Positions 31,144-41,988 are shown, counted from the first letter of the stretch. The stretch is 64,000 bases of DNA from an uncultured Nitrospiraceae bacterium (GCA_963846575.1 CAWJWJ010000002.1:384001-448000); one strand, 5' to 3'. Numbers and translations are program-made. The notes: generated by a model not told the origin, from the letters alone.

Positions 31144-32566
31144 TCAGAGTCCTTCGTAGGCGGCGATTGCTGCGGAAATCGCCAAGACCAGGTCCTCGGG
31201 TTCCTCGAGACTCTTCGTATTGATAGAGGTCTGGATGAGTATCCAGGTAGGACGTGTCAAATCGTCCGGCCTGAAAGTCCTGCTCCATCATAATGTTCAT
31301 CATGAACGGGATCGTTGTCTTCACTCCTCGCAGGACATACTCTTCGAGCGAGCGCCTCATGCGGCTGACGGCTTCTTCCCACGTGCGTCCGCGGACGGTG
31401 AGTTTCGCCAGCAGGGCATCGTAATAGGGGGGAATCGTATAGTCCCGATACACAGCGCCGTCAATCCGGACGCCGATGCCTCCAGGAGACAAGATAGGCC
31501 GTGATGGTTCCGGTGCAGGGCATGAAGTTATTCCGTGGATCCTCGGCATTGATGCGGCACTGGATCGCATGGCCTTGCAGCGTGACATCTTTCTGGCGGA
31601 TCTCCAGACGGTTTGCCCGGCCGCAATAGAGATCTGATTGCGGACGATGTCGATGGCGGTAATTTGTTCCGTGACGGTATGTTCGACCTGGAGTCGCGGA
31701 TTCATTTCCATGAAGTAGAAATGCCCCTCGTGGTCCAAGAGAAATTCGACCGTGCCGGCGTTGTCATAGTGCACCGCTTTGGCAATGGCAATGGCGGCGT
31801 CGCCCATCTGCGCGCGCAGTTTCGGCGTCAGGACCAGGGAGGGGGCGATTTCGATCAGCTTCTGGTGCCGGCGTTGGATGGAGCAATCCCGCTCACCCAG
31901 GTGGATGATGTTGCCGTGTTTGTCGCCCAGTATTTGAAATTCGATATGGTGCGGCCGCTCGATATACTTCTCGATGAAAATGCTGCCGTCACCGAAGGCC
32001 GCCTGCGCCTCCCGCGACGCGACTTCCATATTGTCACGCAGCTCCTGGTCGGACCGGACGACCCGGAGGCCACGTCCTCCGCCGCCGGCGCTGGCCTTAA
32101 TCATGACCGGATAGTTGATCCGGTGGGTGAATGCCAGGGCCTCTTCGAGGCTGGTCACTCCGCCTTCGGTGCCTGGCACAATCGGGACGCCCGCCTGTTG
32201 AGCGATTTGCCGCGCCTTTACCTTGCTGCCCATGAGGTCGATCGTTTCCGGCGACGGACCGATGAAGGTAATGCCGGATGCTTGGCAGAGGCGGGCGAAG
32301 CTTGCGTTTTCTGACAGGAACCCGTATCCGGGATGGATCGCATCGGCGCCAATGCGCTTGGCGATTTCCACGATCTGTTTCCCGTCCAGGAAGCCTTTGA
32401 CGGGTCCCGGGCCTACGAGGTAGGACTCGTCGGCTTTCTTGACATAGATACCGGAGGAATCGGCTTCGGAATAGATCGCCGCCGTCGCGATCTTGAGTTC
32501 GCGACAGCCACGGATAATGCGCATGGCGATTTCGCCACGATTTGCCACGAGGATCTTCCGGAACAT
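31144..32566 (-). CDS. pycA: Biotin carboxylase subunit A of the two-subunit carboxylase; insertions near 31615, 31610, 31492 and 31208
   Basis: [38 protein letters not shown] and [23 protein letters not shown] and terminal [18 protein letters not shown] lie in alternative frames. Confidence 0.85.
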
Positions 32567-32741
32567 AACGGGTTTGCGAGAGGAGTGGAGCCGCAGCTCA
32601 CCTCTGGACCGCCTCCAAAAAAGATCGCGTAACCTAGCATAGGGTCAAGAGAGTTGTCGAGACGAACGAGGACGAAACGATAGTTGCTGGAGCGGAGGAG
32701 AGAACGGGGGCAGGATGGGGGTATCCTGCCCCGGGAGAGTC

Positions 32742-33197
32742 CTACTTGGTGTGGATGAGTACCGGCTTGGACTGCGCGCTACCTCCGCCCGCCACAACGA
32801 TGATAAACGACATGCCGGCTTTCGCTTCCGGCACCACGGCTTCGATGGTGGTGTCATTTAGAAAATTATAGTCGACCTTTTCCTTGGAGGCGGCGCTGAA
32901 CGTGACTCCGTGGAAACACTCCTTGCTGCCGAAATTCTCGCCCTTGATCGTGACCTTTTCGCCTGGTTTGGCTTCGTCCGGCTCGACCTTGGCGATGGAA
33001 GGACGCTTCGAGCGGTCGCAGACCGGATCTTTTTCGAGTTTCGACGCATCCGATCCCTTGATGGATTCCGTATCGAACATGCTAAATCCCGCCCCCTCCA
33101 CCATCGCGCCCTCTTGAGCGTGACCCGTTTGCGCGGAAATAAAGAGCAGGCCCAGAACAAGGGTGATGCCGATGATGGCCGATAGCATAGTGCGCAT
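32742..33197 (-). CDS. Secreted IPT/TIG-domain protein
   Basis: Signal peptide; P.I.KVEP....PGEKVTIKGENFG...DTTIEAVVP; GGAGG RBS. Confidence 0.75.
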   Translation of the reverse strand: MRTMLSAIIGITLVLGLLFISAQTGHAQEGAMVEGAGFSMFDTESIKGSDASKLEKDPVCDRSKRPSIAKVEPDEAKPGEKVTIKGENFGSKECFHGVTFSAASKEKVDYNFLNDTTIEAVVPEAKAGMSFIIVVAGGGSAQSKPVLIHTK

Positions 33198-33208
33198 GAA
33201 TGCCTCCT

Positions 33209-34036
33209 TCATGGGGATGATGTCTTCGGGAGGGGCGTATAAAACTCGCTGATGATTTTTTGCCCCGGATCCGAAAGGATAAATTGCTCAAACGCCTCGA
33301 CGAGCGGGTCGGGCTCATTGGGCGATATCAACAGGACTGGACGGCGGAGTGGATAACGGCCATCTTTGACGGTGGGGGTTTCGGGCTCCACCTTATCCAC
33401 CGGTAGGAGACGGACAGGCACGCCGGAGGCGACGGCTTCCAACGCCTGGCCGAGGGAGACGTAGGCGACAGCCGAGTTGGGTGGGAGGGTGCCGGCGACT
33501 GTCTTGATGACCTTTTCGTCCTTGGCAATGATTTTGGCTCCCTCGGGAATCTTGCCGACTATATTGAGCTGTTGTTCGAAGGCATCTCGATTGTTTTCGT
33601 TGCGAGGCCGGTCGATGAGGAGGATTTTCGTATCCGGCCCGCCCAGGTCGGCCCACATTTTAAACTTTCCGGAAAATAGCTCGGCCACATCTTGTGTGGT
33701 GACTTCTTTTGTGAAGTTCGAGCGGTGCACCATGATGGTGATCCCGTCCCAGGCAATTTGACGGGACCGAAGGCCCGGCTCCGGTGTTCCGGCGACGGCG
33801 ATCTTGGCCTGATTCGTTTTGACCATCTCGATAGGTTTCGAATTGTCATCCCACAGCACGTCCAAATAGACACGCGGATTGGATTTTTCAAAGGCGTGGG
33901 CCAGTGCCTCCATCATGCGTTGTTCGGGACCGTGACCGGCGATGGTTAAAGATCCTGCCAATTCTGCTGAGGCAGGGACGGAGAGGAGAAAAAAGAGGGC
34001 TGGGTATATAACGAATCGGTCGATAAGCGCATGCAT
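33209..34036 (-). CDS. PstS-like periplasmic substrate-binding protein
   Basis: IAWDGI, LFSGK...WADLGG, AVAYVS and G.YPLRRP motifs. Confidence 0.8.
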   Translation of the reverse strand: MHALIDRFVIYPALFFLLSVPASAELAGSLTIAGHGPEQRMMEALAHAFEKSNPRVYLDVLWDDNSKPIEMVKTNQAKIAVAGTPEPGLRSRQIAWDGITIMVHRSNFTKEVTTQDVAELFSGKFKMWADLGGPDTKILLIDRPRNENNRDAFEQQLNIVGKIPEGAKIIAKDEKVIKTVAGTLPPNSAVAYVSLGQALEAVASGVPVRLLPVDKVEPETPTVKDGRYPLRRPVLLISPNEPDPLVEAFEQFILSDPGQKIISEFYTPLPKTSSP

Positions 34037-34141
34037 GCTGAACCTGTCTCCCTGTCGGTCCTGGCCGTTCTGCTTCTCTGCGGGGCGGCGGGAAGAGTGG
34101 GCGAAGCAAGGGAGCGGCCTTCTCAATCCTTCAATCTTTGT

Positions 34142-34459
34142 TCAAAACCCGTTGCCTTCCGGGGGTGCGGAGCCTCCGCCACCGGACATCATGTCCGAGG
34201 TGACATCCACACGTTTGCCCATTGCGGGGGGAAGTTTAGAGAAACGGTCCATCCGCTCGTTCAGCATATTATACGCTTTCATCTCCTCGAATCCCGGCTT
34301 GTGTGAGCCTTTCACCTTCGAGGCGAACGCAGACAGTACCCTGGTGGCACCGACTCCATTGCATTGCGGGCATACGGTATCTTCAGGCCTCGCATGAATG
34401 GATTGCGTGGCCTCAAACTGCTGAGTGCAATGCTCACAACGATATTCGTAGACCGGCAT
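34142..34459 (-). CDS. FmdB-family zinc-ribbon protein
   Basis: MPVYEYRCEHC...FE...CPQC; AAGGAG RBS. Confidence 0.85.
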   Translation of the reverse strand: MPVYEYRCEHCTQQFEATQSIHARPEDTVCPQCNGVGATRVLSAFASKVKGSHKPGFEEMKAYNMLNERMDRFSKLPPAMGKRVDVTSDMMSGGGGSAPPEGNGF

Positions 34460-34610
34460 AGCCGACTCCTTGGATAAGACCCCATGGCCGGGCGCTAAGA
34501 TGGATAAAGCGACGACGTCTGGCAGTATCGCTTGACCCTGTGCATATCTTTGAACTATTGTACCGAAAATCTGTGTCGAAACGCGAGTCACAATTGGAGG
34601 ACTGTTTCAA

Positions 34611-34787
34611 ATGCCCCTGTTAATTCGGAAATACAAAGGCAATAGTGGCATCATGCAGGAAGAGCGGATCGACGATCCGGACAGGATCGAACGCTACTTG
34701 CGGCTATTTGACGAGAAGGACGTCAAGAAGCTCGAGACGGGCGTCAAGACCGTGATTGAGAAGGATGAGTGGCTGCTCCTGCCGTAG
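34611..34787 (+). CDS. Small hypothetical protein, 58 aa (not in ORF track)
   Basis: GGAGG RBS; MPLLIRKYKGNSGIMQEERIDDPDRIERYLRLFDEKDVKKLETGVKTVIEKDEWLLLP*. Confidence 0.65.
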   Translation: MPLLIRKYKGNSGIMQEERIDDPDRIERYLRLFDEKDVKKLETGVKTVIEKDEWLLLP

Positions 34788-34929
34788 AGCGAACTCCTCG
34801 TATCACCTAACAATCTTACGTTTCTCATCGTCACTGATTGCGGGGAGGAGGCGCCTTTGGCGCATTGCCCTCCTGCCTTTTCGCATGGTAGGCTCTCGCC
34901 CAGCGACCGTGACGCAGCAGCGGGGTACC

Positions 34930-35133
34930 ATGGTTTATTGGGTTCACATTGCCCGGGCAATTGACCGAGTCACCCTCCATCGGGATCGTTGCTCGGAGGT
35001 GCCCTCCAGCGTGTCGAGCAGTGATTTTTGGGAGGGCGGGTGGTTCGACTACCCGGATAAGGAACGGGCGCTGGCGGCGATGGAGCAGGCCGGTACCAGT
35101 GATGAGCGCAAGTGTGCGCTCTGCAAGCCGTAA
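34930..35133 (+). CDS. Small hypothetical protein with H..C / CxxC (possible Zn binding)
   Basis: MVYWVHI...VTLHRDRC...GGW...CALCKP. Confidence 0.6.
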   Translation: MVYWVHIARAIDRVTLHRDRCSEVPSSVSSSDFWEGGWFDYPDKERALAAMEQAGTSDERKCALCKP

Positions 35134-35200
35134 TGTGGATATGATCCCTGTTGAATCGCCCGTTGGCAGGCCCTAGGCCTCGCAATTTTTTCCCTTCGCC

Positions 35201-36076
35201 ATGCCTCAACTCGCGCTACTCCTCACGACGTTTGTGTGGGGAGCGACGTTTCCTGCCACCAAAGCGGCGCTTGATCAAATTTCCCCGCTCTCGTTCCTCT
35301 TTTTACGGTTCCTCCTGGGGTTGATGCTCGTCCTCGCGATCCTTCTGATTGCGCGACGGGGCTTGGTCAGGGATTCCTTTACCCTGCGGATCAGCTTCAT
35401 CGCCACATGCTGGCTGTTTCTCGGCTATGTATTGCAGACGGTCGGTCTCAGCTTCACGACAGCCTCCAATTCCGCCTTCATCACCGTGCTCTACGTCGTG
35501 TTCGTCCCGTTGTATTTGCGCCGTATGGGCCTACATGCCTGGGTCTCCACGGGGATCGCGCTGGTTGGACTGTGGTTGCTGGTCCGTCCGAGTGCTTCCG
35601 CCAATTGGGGAGATCTGATGACCTTGGCGAGTGCCGCAGCCTTTGCTGCCCATATTGTCTGTCTGGAGCGATATACCCGCATCGTAGATCCCATTTCGCT
35701 CTTCGCATGGCAATTGCTGTTCATTACGTTGGCCATGTTGGGGACCATGTGGGGGGAAAGTCCGACCCTGCCGATGTTTGAACCGACCCGTGTTTTGGTC
35801 GTAGGGTTAGTCGTGACCGGTGTCCTGGCAACGGGAGCGTTTGCGATTCAAATGTGGGCCCAGCGATTGCTGCCGGCGCAGCAAGTCGCGCTGTTGTTTG
35901 CTGCGGAACCGGCTGTCGCGGCCTGGCTGGCATGGTATTTCCTGGGCGAGACACTCGATGCGCAGGGGTGGTTCGGCAGCGCGATGATTCTGGGCGGGGT
36001 GCTGTTCGGGTCGTGGACGACTGGGGATGTGTCGCCTGCTCAGGTCGGATCACCGGCACCTACAGAAGGAGGCTGA
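35201..36076 (+). CDS. DMT/EamA-family transporter
   Basis: VWGATF, RF, QTVGL.FTTASNSAFIT, GDL and EP motifs; about 10 TM. Confidence 0.9.
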   Translation: MPQLALLLTTFVWGATFPATKAALDQISPLSFLFLRFLLGLMLVLAILLIARRGLVRDSFTLRISFIATCWLFLGYVLQTVGLSFTTASNSAFITVLYVVFVPLYLRRMGLHAWVSTGIALVGLWLLVRPSASANWGDLMTLASAAAFAAHIVCLERYTRIVDPISLFAWQLLFITLAMLGTMWGESPTLPMFEPTRVLVVGLVVTGVLATGAFAIQMWAQRLLPAQQVALLFAAEPAVAAWLAWYFLGETLDAQGWFGSAMILGGVLFGSWTTGDVSPAQVGSPAPTEGG

Positions 36077-36077
36077 A

Positions 36078-36548
36078 GTGGCGCAGAAATTCGGGAACAG
36101 TCGATGGGTGCAAGAGGGATTTTTGGACAATCGACAGGAGGGCGCAGTCATCGGCAGGATCACGTTCGCGGTATTAGGCCCCGTGGAGTTTTACCTGGCC
36201 GGTAATGGTCGGGGAGAGGTATTCGGCAAGGTGATACGATTTCAGAATAGCCGGTTTGCCGACGAGGACCTCGCCGGCCAAGTATTGGGAGATGTGGAGA
36301 TTCCTCAGATCGGCGAGGTGAGTTTGATTTCCTTCGACCCGCATCCGCACCTGGTGCCGCATCCCTACTTCGAATGGTTCTCGATGCGCAAGAATCACTA
36401 TCGCATCGAACTCGTGCCGGAAGATGCCTGGATTGCGACGGCGGAGGAAGTTGCGGAACTCGATGGCATGAGTCGGGAGATTCGGGATCGATTGGCCTCT
36501 CGGTACGGACGTCCGACCTTGCCAGTCGATGACTCAGAGTGGGTGTAG
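36078..36548 (+). CDS. Hypothetical protein
   Basis: GTG start with AAGGAGG RBS right after the EamA stop; globular composition. Confidence 0.7.
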   Translation: MAQKFGNSRWVQEGFLDNRQEGAVIGRITFAVLGPVEFYLAGNGRGEVFGKVIRFQNSRFADEDLAGQVLGDVEIPQIGEVSLISFDPHPHLVPHPYFEWFSMRKNHYRIELVPEDAWIATAEEVAELDGMSREIRDRLASRYGRPTLPVDDSEWV

Positions 36549-36561
36549 GCGGGGGGTGGAG

Positions 36562-36584
36562 AGGCGGGCGCCGGGCGCCCGCCT
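36562..36584. terminator. Hairpin between convergent genes
   Basis: AGGCGGGCGC-cgg-GCGCCCGCCT. Confidence 0.4.
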
Positions 36585-36594
36585 TGGCCCTTGG

Positions 36595-37596
36595 TTAAGC
36601 GAGTTTATTCTTGCCTTCCCGCACGTGAACGGGCACTTCCCGGATGTCCCAGATCAGCCCCATCGCTTGCATGGCCCGCAACATGTAATAGGTGATGTCG
36701 ATTTCCCACCAAAAGAAGCCTTGGCGGGTCGAGGCTGCATAGTAGTGGTGATTATTGTGCCATCCCTCGCCCAGGGTAATCATGGCAAGGAAGAAATTAT
36801 TCTTGCTGTCGTCCCCGGTCTTGTAGCGCTGAGAGCCGTACACATGCGAGAGCGAATTGATGGTGCAGGTGCCGTGAAGCAGGGCCACCGTGGAGACGAA
36901 GAATCCCCAGATCAACATTTGGGGGCCATTGGTGCCGAGGCTGGGCGCGTAGGCCTCGAGTAATTTACCCAGGCCGAACATGCCGAACCCGCAGATCGTG
37001 GGGACGAGCGTGTCGAATCGATCCAGGAAGCGCAGTTCTGGAAACTTGGCGAAATCACCGATACTCTTGAGGCGTGGAGGAAAGAATTTCTTGGAGGAGA
37101 TCCAGCCGATATGAGCCCACAGAAATCCGCCTTGGCGCACCGAGTGAGTGTCTTCCGGCTTGTCAGAGTAGACGTGGTGATGGCGATGATGGCCGGCCCA
37201 CCAGAGGGGACCGCGCTGGGCGCAAGACGCTCCGAGGAGGGCAAAGGCAAACTGACAGGCCCGTGACGTCTTGAATGTCCGGTGAGAGAAATAGCGGTGA
37301 TACCAGCCTGTGATTGCGAACATGCGCACGAAGTAGAATGCGGCAGCCACGCCCACGGCCACCCAACTCCAGCCGACAATGAATACGCCCAGGCAAATCA
37401 GGTGCACAATAATCAGGGGAATGGCCCGCAGCCAATCGACACTTGCAGGGGCGGCATCAGTTCGCATCTTGTCGATTCCAGCCCAGGAGTCAAACCAGCG
37501 TAAGACGGTGAGCCAGGGAGCGTCGCTGGTGGGTTGCTCATCGCCTTTGGAAAGCTCACCTTCCGGTAAGGTGAGCGGATGCAGATCACTACTCAT
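36595..37596 (-). CDS. Delta-9-type acyl-CoA/lipid desaturase
   Basis: His boxes YHRYFSH, HHRHHH and GEGWHNNHH; INSLSH. Confidence 0.92.
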   Translation of the reverse strand: MSSDLHPLTLPEGELSKGDEQPTSDAPWLTVLRWFDSWAGIDKMRTDAAPASVDWLRAIPLIIVHLICLGVFIVGWSWVAVGVAAAFYFVRMFAITGWYHRYFSHRTFKTSRACQFAFALLGASCAQRGPLWWAGHHRHHHVYSDKPEDTHSVRQGGFLWAHIGWISSKKFFPPRLKSIGDFAKFPELRFLDRFDTLVPTICGFGMFGLGKLLEAYAPSLGTNGPQMLIWGFFVSTVALLHGTCTINSLSHVYGSQRYKTGDDSKNNFFLAMITLGEGWHNNHHYYAASTRQGFFWWEIDITYYMLRAMQAMGLIWDIREVPVHVREGKNKLA

Positions 37597-37970
37597 GCCA
37601 CCTCCACATTTAGTGCGAATCAGAATGTATTACTGACAGGTCGCGCCGTGGTTTCACGTCACTTTGTCATCGCGGCGCTTGTAAGTGATACGATGAGGCA
37701 GGCCGCTGAATGCGTCGGCTTGTGTTGCTCACTTGAGCGATGTCACTGGGGCTCGACAACACGTGCCGTGAGTATACACGGATTCGAGAGGAAATGTCGT
37801 GAGATTTTTTACCGTTTGCAAACCCATGGTTTCACGGGCAGCCGTGGGCCGCGGCCGGCAGATGAGGCTTACGTGGATTCTCGTGTCCATGGCCTGGGCG
37901 ACCTGCGCGTTCAAGGCGGTACAGAATCGTTTGACTCCGTTTACAGTGCCCCTCTAAAATGCGCCCCACT

Positions 37971-38996
37971 ATGAACGATCGATTTCTGAAAGCCTGCCGG
38001 CGCGAACCCGTTGATTGCACGCCAGTGTGGTTCATGCGCCAGGCTGGCCGTTACATGATTGAATATCGCCGGTTGAGGGAGAAACATTCGATCCTCGACC
38101 TTTGTAAGACACCTGAACTCGCGGCAGAGGTCACGCTGCAGCCGATCGACCGTTTCGCGCTCGATGCCGCGATCATCTTTGCCGACATCCTCCTTCCCCT
38201 GGAACCGATGGGACTTTCACTGGAATTTGCGGAGGGTGAAGGGCCGATCATTCATAATCCTCTACGGGATCGAGCGGCGGTGGACCGGCTCAAATTAATC
38301 GATGACACCGAACTCCAATACGTGATGGACGCGATCAGCCTCACCCGTACCAGGCTGGCCGGTCGAGTGCCGTTGATCGGTTTTGCCGGAGCGCCCTTCA
38401 CGCTAGCGAGTTATGCCATCGAAGGTGGTAGTTCCCGGAACTATATCCATACGAAACAGATGATGTACAGCGAACCGGAGGTCTGGCATCGGTTGATGGA
38501 TAAGTTTGCGCGGGTGATTACCGGGTACCTCCGTCGTCAGATCAAGGCTGGCGCACAGGCCGTGCAGTTGTTTGATAGTTGGGTGGGATGTCTGTCTGCC
38601 GGTGACTATGCCGAGTACGTCATGCCCCATGTTCAGCTGATATTTGAGGGATTGAAGCATGAAGGCGTCCCGCTGATTCACTTCGGTACAGGCACCACGG
38701 CCATTCTGAAGTCGATGCGTCAGGCGGGCGGTGATGTCATCGGGATTGACTGGCGAATCCCTCTCGACGAGGCTTGGGCTCTGGTGGGGCATGATCGTGC
38801 CGTGCAGGGAAATCTCGATCCTGTCACGTTGTTCGGGCCAATCCACGAGATCGAGCGCCGGGTGACGGATATTCTGAGCCGCGCCGCAGGACGTCCGGGA
38901 CATATCTTTAACCTCGGCCATGGTATTCTTCCCAACACGCCGGTTGAGCACGTCTCCGCGACGATCGATCTGGTACACAAATTAAGCGCCCGCTAG
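37971..38996 (+). CDS. hemE: Uroporphyrinogen decarboxylase
   Basis: PVWFMRQAGRY, DAAIIFADIL, GFAGAPFTLASY, QGNLDP and IFNLGHG motifs. Confidence 0.97.
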   Translation: MNDRFLKACRREPVDCTPVWFMRQAGRYMIEYRRLREKHSILDLCKTPELAAEVTLQPIDRFALDAAIIFADILLPLEPMGLSLEFAEGEGPIIHNPLRDRAAVDRLKLIDDTELQYVMDAISLTRTRLAGRVPLIGFAGAPFTLASYAIEGGSSRNYIHTKQMMYSEPEVWHRLMDKFARVITGYLRRQIKAGAQAVQLFDSWVGCLSAGDYAEYVMPHVQLIFEGLKHEGVPLIHFGTGTTAILKSMRQAGGDVIGIDWRIPLDEAWALVGHDRAVQGNLDPVTLFGPIHEIERRVTDILSRAAGRPGHIFNLGHGILPNTPVEHVSATIDLVHKLSAR

Positions 38997-39117
38997 GGTG
39001 TGAACACTCGGCGGTCTTGTCCTGGTTCAATCGAGCGTTGAGGTTGAGAAGGACGCTCGAACCTCATCGGGCGTTCCGGGCTCGTTCGACAAGTGAACAT
39101 TACCCACGAAGGTGACG

Positions 39118-40062
39118 ATGCCTGAAACACAACGACCCGTTGCGGTGCTGCTGATGGCTATGGGTGGCCCAGACAGTCTGGAGAATGTCGAGGCCTACCT
39201 CAAGGACGTGCGGGGAGGCAGGGCGACTTCGCCCGAGCTCGTTGAGGAAATCCGCAATCGGTATCGTGTCACCGGCGGCAAATCTCCCGTGCTCGGCATC
39301 ACGCGCGAGGTCGCGCGGGCTTTGGAAGCGCGACTGAACGGGCCTGATGAGGCCCGTTACCGGTGTTATGTGGGGCTGCGGCATTGGCATCCTTTTATCA
39401 GGGAAACCTATGACCAGCTGCTGGTGGATTCGCCGGAACGAATCATTGGCCTCTGCATGGCCCCGCAGTATTCCTCGTTGAGCATCGGGGCATACGTCAA
39501 GAAAGTTGAAGACGCGCGGACCGAGCTCTCTGATGACACTCCGATCACCTTCGTGACAAGTTGGCATCGCCACCCGCTCCTGATTGCGGGTATTGCCGAC
39601 AACATTCGACTGACGTTGAAGAGTTTTCCGACGGAAGCGCGCACCCAGGTCCCCATCCTGTTTACCGCTCATAGTTTGCCGGAACGGGTGGTCGCCCTGA
39701 AGGACCCATACCCGGAGGAGGTCAGAGGGACGGTTGAGGCAGTGTGCGACCGTCTCAGGAGTCAACCGACCAGGTTCGCCTATCAAAGCCAGGGCCGGTC
39801 CGGCGAGAAGTGGCTCGGACCGTCGGTGGAGGACGCGCTGGCTGAACTGGCTCACGAAGGGCATCGTCACGTGCTCGTGGCCCCGATCGGCTTCATTTGC
39901 GATCACGTGGAGACATTGTATGATATCGATGTCGAGTTGAAGCAGCTGGCCCATGCGAAGGGTATGCAGCTGGAACGTATTCCGATGTTCAATGCCTCAG
40001 CTCGGCTGATCGACATCATCACGTCGATAGTGGAGGCGCACGAAACCTCCCTCAGTCACTAG
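39118..40062 (+). CDS. hemH: Ferrochelatase
   Basis: LLMAMGGP, Y...GGKSP, FTAHSLP, DPY, YQS, WLGP and GFICDHVETLYDID motifs. Confidence 0.95.
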   Translation: MPETQRPVAVLLMAMGGPDSLENVEAYLKDVRGGRATSPELVEEIRNRYRVTGGKSPVLGITREVARALEARLNGPDEARYRCYVGLRHWHPFIRETYDQLLVDSPERIIGLCMAPQYSSLSIGAYVKKVEDARTELSDDTPITFVTSWHRHPLLIAGIADNIRLTLKSFPTEARTQVPILFTAHSLPERVVALKDPYPEEVRGTVEAVCDRLRSQPTRFAYQSQGRSGEKWLGPSVEDALAELAHEGHRHVLVAPIGFICDHVETLYDIDVELKQLAHAKGMQLERIPMFNASARLIDIITSIVEAHETSLSH

Positions 40063-40073
40063 CGGCACCACCC

Positions 40074-41528
40074 GTGGCGCGTACCCCCAAGTCAGTGGTT
40101 ATCGTTGGCGGAGGCATCTCCGGGCTCTCTACCGCCTTTGCTCTACTCGAGCAGGCTTCGGCGGCTGTTGTCCCGTTAACCTGCACTATTCTCGATGCCG
40201 CGCCGACTTGGGGCGGAAAGATCCAAACGCATCGCGTGGGACAGCTGGTCATGGAAGCCGGGCCGGATTCGTTTCTGTCGCAGAAACCGTGGGCCATGGA
40301 TCTGTGCCGACGCCTCGGTCTACTCGATCAACTCGTGAATACCAAGCCGGTCGCAAAAAAGGCGAGCGTGTTATGGGGGAACCAGCTCCACGAGTTGCCT
40401 GAAGGACTGGTGACGTTTACCCCGACTCAACTGGGGCCGTTTTTCCGTAGCGGGTTATTGTCGTGGCTCGACCTGGCGCGCATGGGCTGCGATCTGGTGA
40501 TTCCGCCGCGCCGCTCCACGGACGACGAATCGCTCGCCGCATTTTTCCGCCGCCGGTTCGGGCGACATGCCTGCGATCGGGTCATGGAGCCGCTTATGGC
40601 TGGCATCTATGCCGGTGATGCCGAGCAAATGAGTTTGCGCGCGACCTTTCCACGCTTTTCTGAGTTGGAACAGGCACACGGCAGCGTGATTCGGGGCATG
40701 ATGGAGGCCCGGCGTGCCAAGGCCCGGCAGGGGGCCGCAGCGGGCCCCCCGCATACGATGTTCGTTACCTTGAAAAACGGTCTCGGAGATTTGGTGACGG
40801 CGCTTGGCGGTCACATCCAAAAGACAGGCGGGATTCTGAAAGCAGGCGTTCAGGCGGAAGCCGTGCGTGTGCGATCGCACCAAGCCGGGCGCTGGATGTA
40901 CGACATCATCTGCAGCGACGGCACGGCCCTTTCTGCCGAAGCATTGGTGCTGGCCACGCCGGCCTATGTGAGTGCCGAATTGGTCCGGCCCTTATCACCC
41001 CTGGCGGCTGGACTGATGGATCGGATTCCCTATGCCTCGACGGCGACCATTTCCCTGGTGTATGAGGCCGGGGCGGTGGGCGACCGGCTGCAAGGGTTCG
41101 GCTTCGTGGTTCCCCGGATCGAGGGCCGGGACCTGATTGCTGCAACGTGGACGTCAAATAAATGGCCCCATCGGGCGCCTCCGCAGCAGGTGTCCGTGCG
41201 TTGTTATCTCGGAGGGGTCGGGCGGGAAGCCATTCTGCAGCGCGACGATGAGGCGTTGGCGCAGTGTGTGCGCAAGGAGTTGGCCGATATCGTGGGATTG
41301 CAGGCGGTGCCTCATTATACCGAGGTGAATCGGTGGCATCGAGCGATGCCGCAGTATACGATTGGCCACCTCGACAGGCTGTCGCAGCTGGAGGCGGCGC
41401 TCTCTCGATTCGGAGGCCTGAACATCACGGGAGCGGGCTATCGCGGAGTAGGAATTCCCGATTGTATCCGGGACGGTACGGAGATAGCGGCGCAGACACT
41501 GCGTTATCTACACACCACGATGGCGTAA
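40074..41528 (+). CDS. hemY: HemY-type proto/coproporphyrinogen oxidase
   Basis: GGGISGL, EAGPDSF, GIYAGD, GFG.VVP, MPQY..GH and GVGIPDCI motifs. Confidence 0.92.
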   Translation: MARTPKSVVIVGGGISGLSTAFALLEQASAAVVPLTCTILDAAPTWGGKIQTHRVGQLVMEAGPDSFLSQKPWAMDLCRRLGLLDQLVNTKPVAKKASVLWGNQLHELPEGLVTFTPTQLGPFFRSGLLSWLDLARMGCDLVIPPRRSTDDESLAAFFRRRFGRHACDRVMEPLMAGIYAGDAEQMSLRATFPRFSELEQAHGSVIRGMMEARRAKARQGAAAGPPHTMFVTLKNGLGDLVTALGGHIQKTGGILKAGVQAEAVRVRSHQAGRWMYDIICSDGTALSAEALVLATPAYVSAELVRPLSPLAAGLMDRIPYASTATISLVYEAGAVGDRLQGFGFVVPRIEGRDLIAATWTSNKWPHRAPPQQVSVRCYLGGVGREAILQRDDEALAQCVRKELADIVGLQAVPHYTEVNRWHRAMPQYTIGHLDRLSQLEAALSRFGGLNITGAGYRGVGIPDCIRDGTEIAAQTLRYLHTTMA

Positions 41529-41571
41529 GGGCCGGAACTGATTCGGACTTCCTGGAAAAAGGATTACCGCA

Positions 41572-41988
41572 ATGTTGAACGACCAATTAGTGATTTCCAC
41601 TGTGACAGGCCCTTTCCGCGAGCCGCGGGAGCCGGCATTGTCTTACGATTATTCCATTCAGCGGGCGACCTGGGCCGCGACTCATGCGGTTCGAGTGAAA
41701 ATCGCATTGGCGGAGGAACTGGATTATGTCAAAGAGAAATTGCTGGGGCCGGTCGTGGGGAGCCCCGGTCAACAATTGATGTTGAACAAATTTCTATCCC
41801 GCAAGATCGGTGACCAGAAGATTCGGATCGCGGAAGCGGAAGGTATGTTGAAAGAGCGCGGTGACGTCTTGCTGCCGGCGTTCACCGGACCCTGGGCGCA
41901 ATACTTTCAGCAATTGGAGTCCTGGGTTCAGGCGGAGCATGATGCGCTCCGGGCCGAGATCCGGAAAGTCACTGGCCTCTCGTTCTGA
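41572..41988 (+). CDS. Hypothetical protein
   Basis: 138-aa ORF with RBS, co-oriented with the hem genes. Confidence 0.7.
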   Translation: MLNDQLVISTVTGPFREPREPALSYDYSIQRATWAATHAVRVKIALAEELDYVKEKLLGPVVGSPGQQLMLNKFLSRKIGDQKIRIAEAEGMLKERGDVLLPAFTGPWAQYFQQLESWVQAEHDALRAEIRKVTGLSF

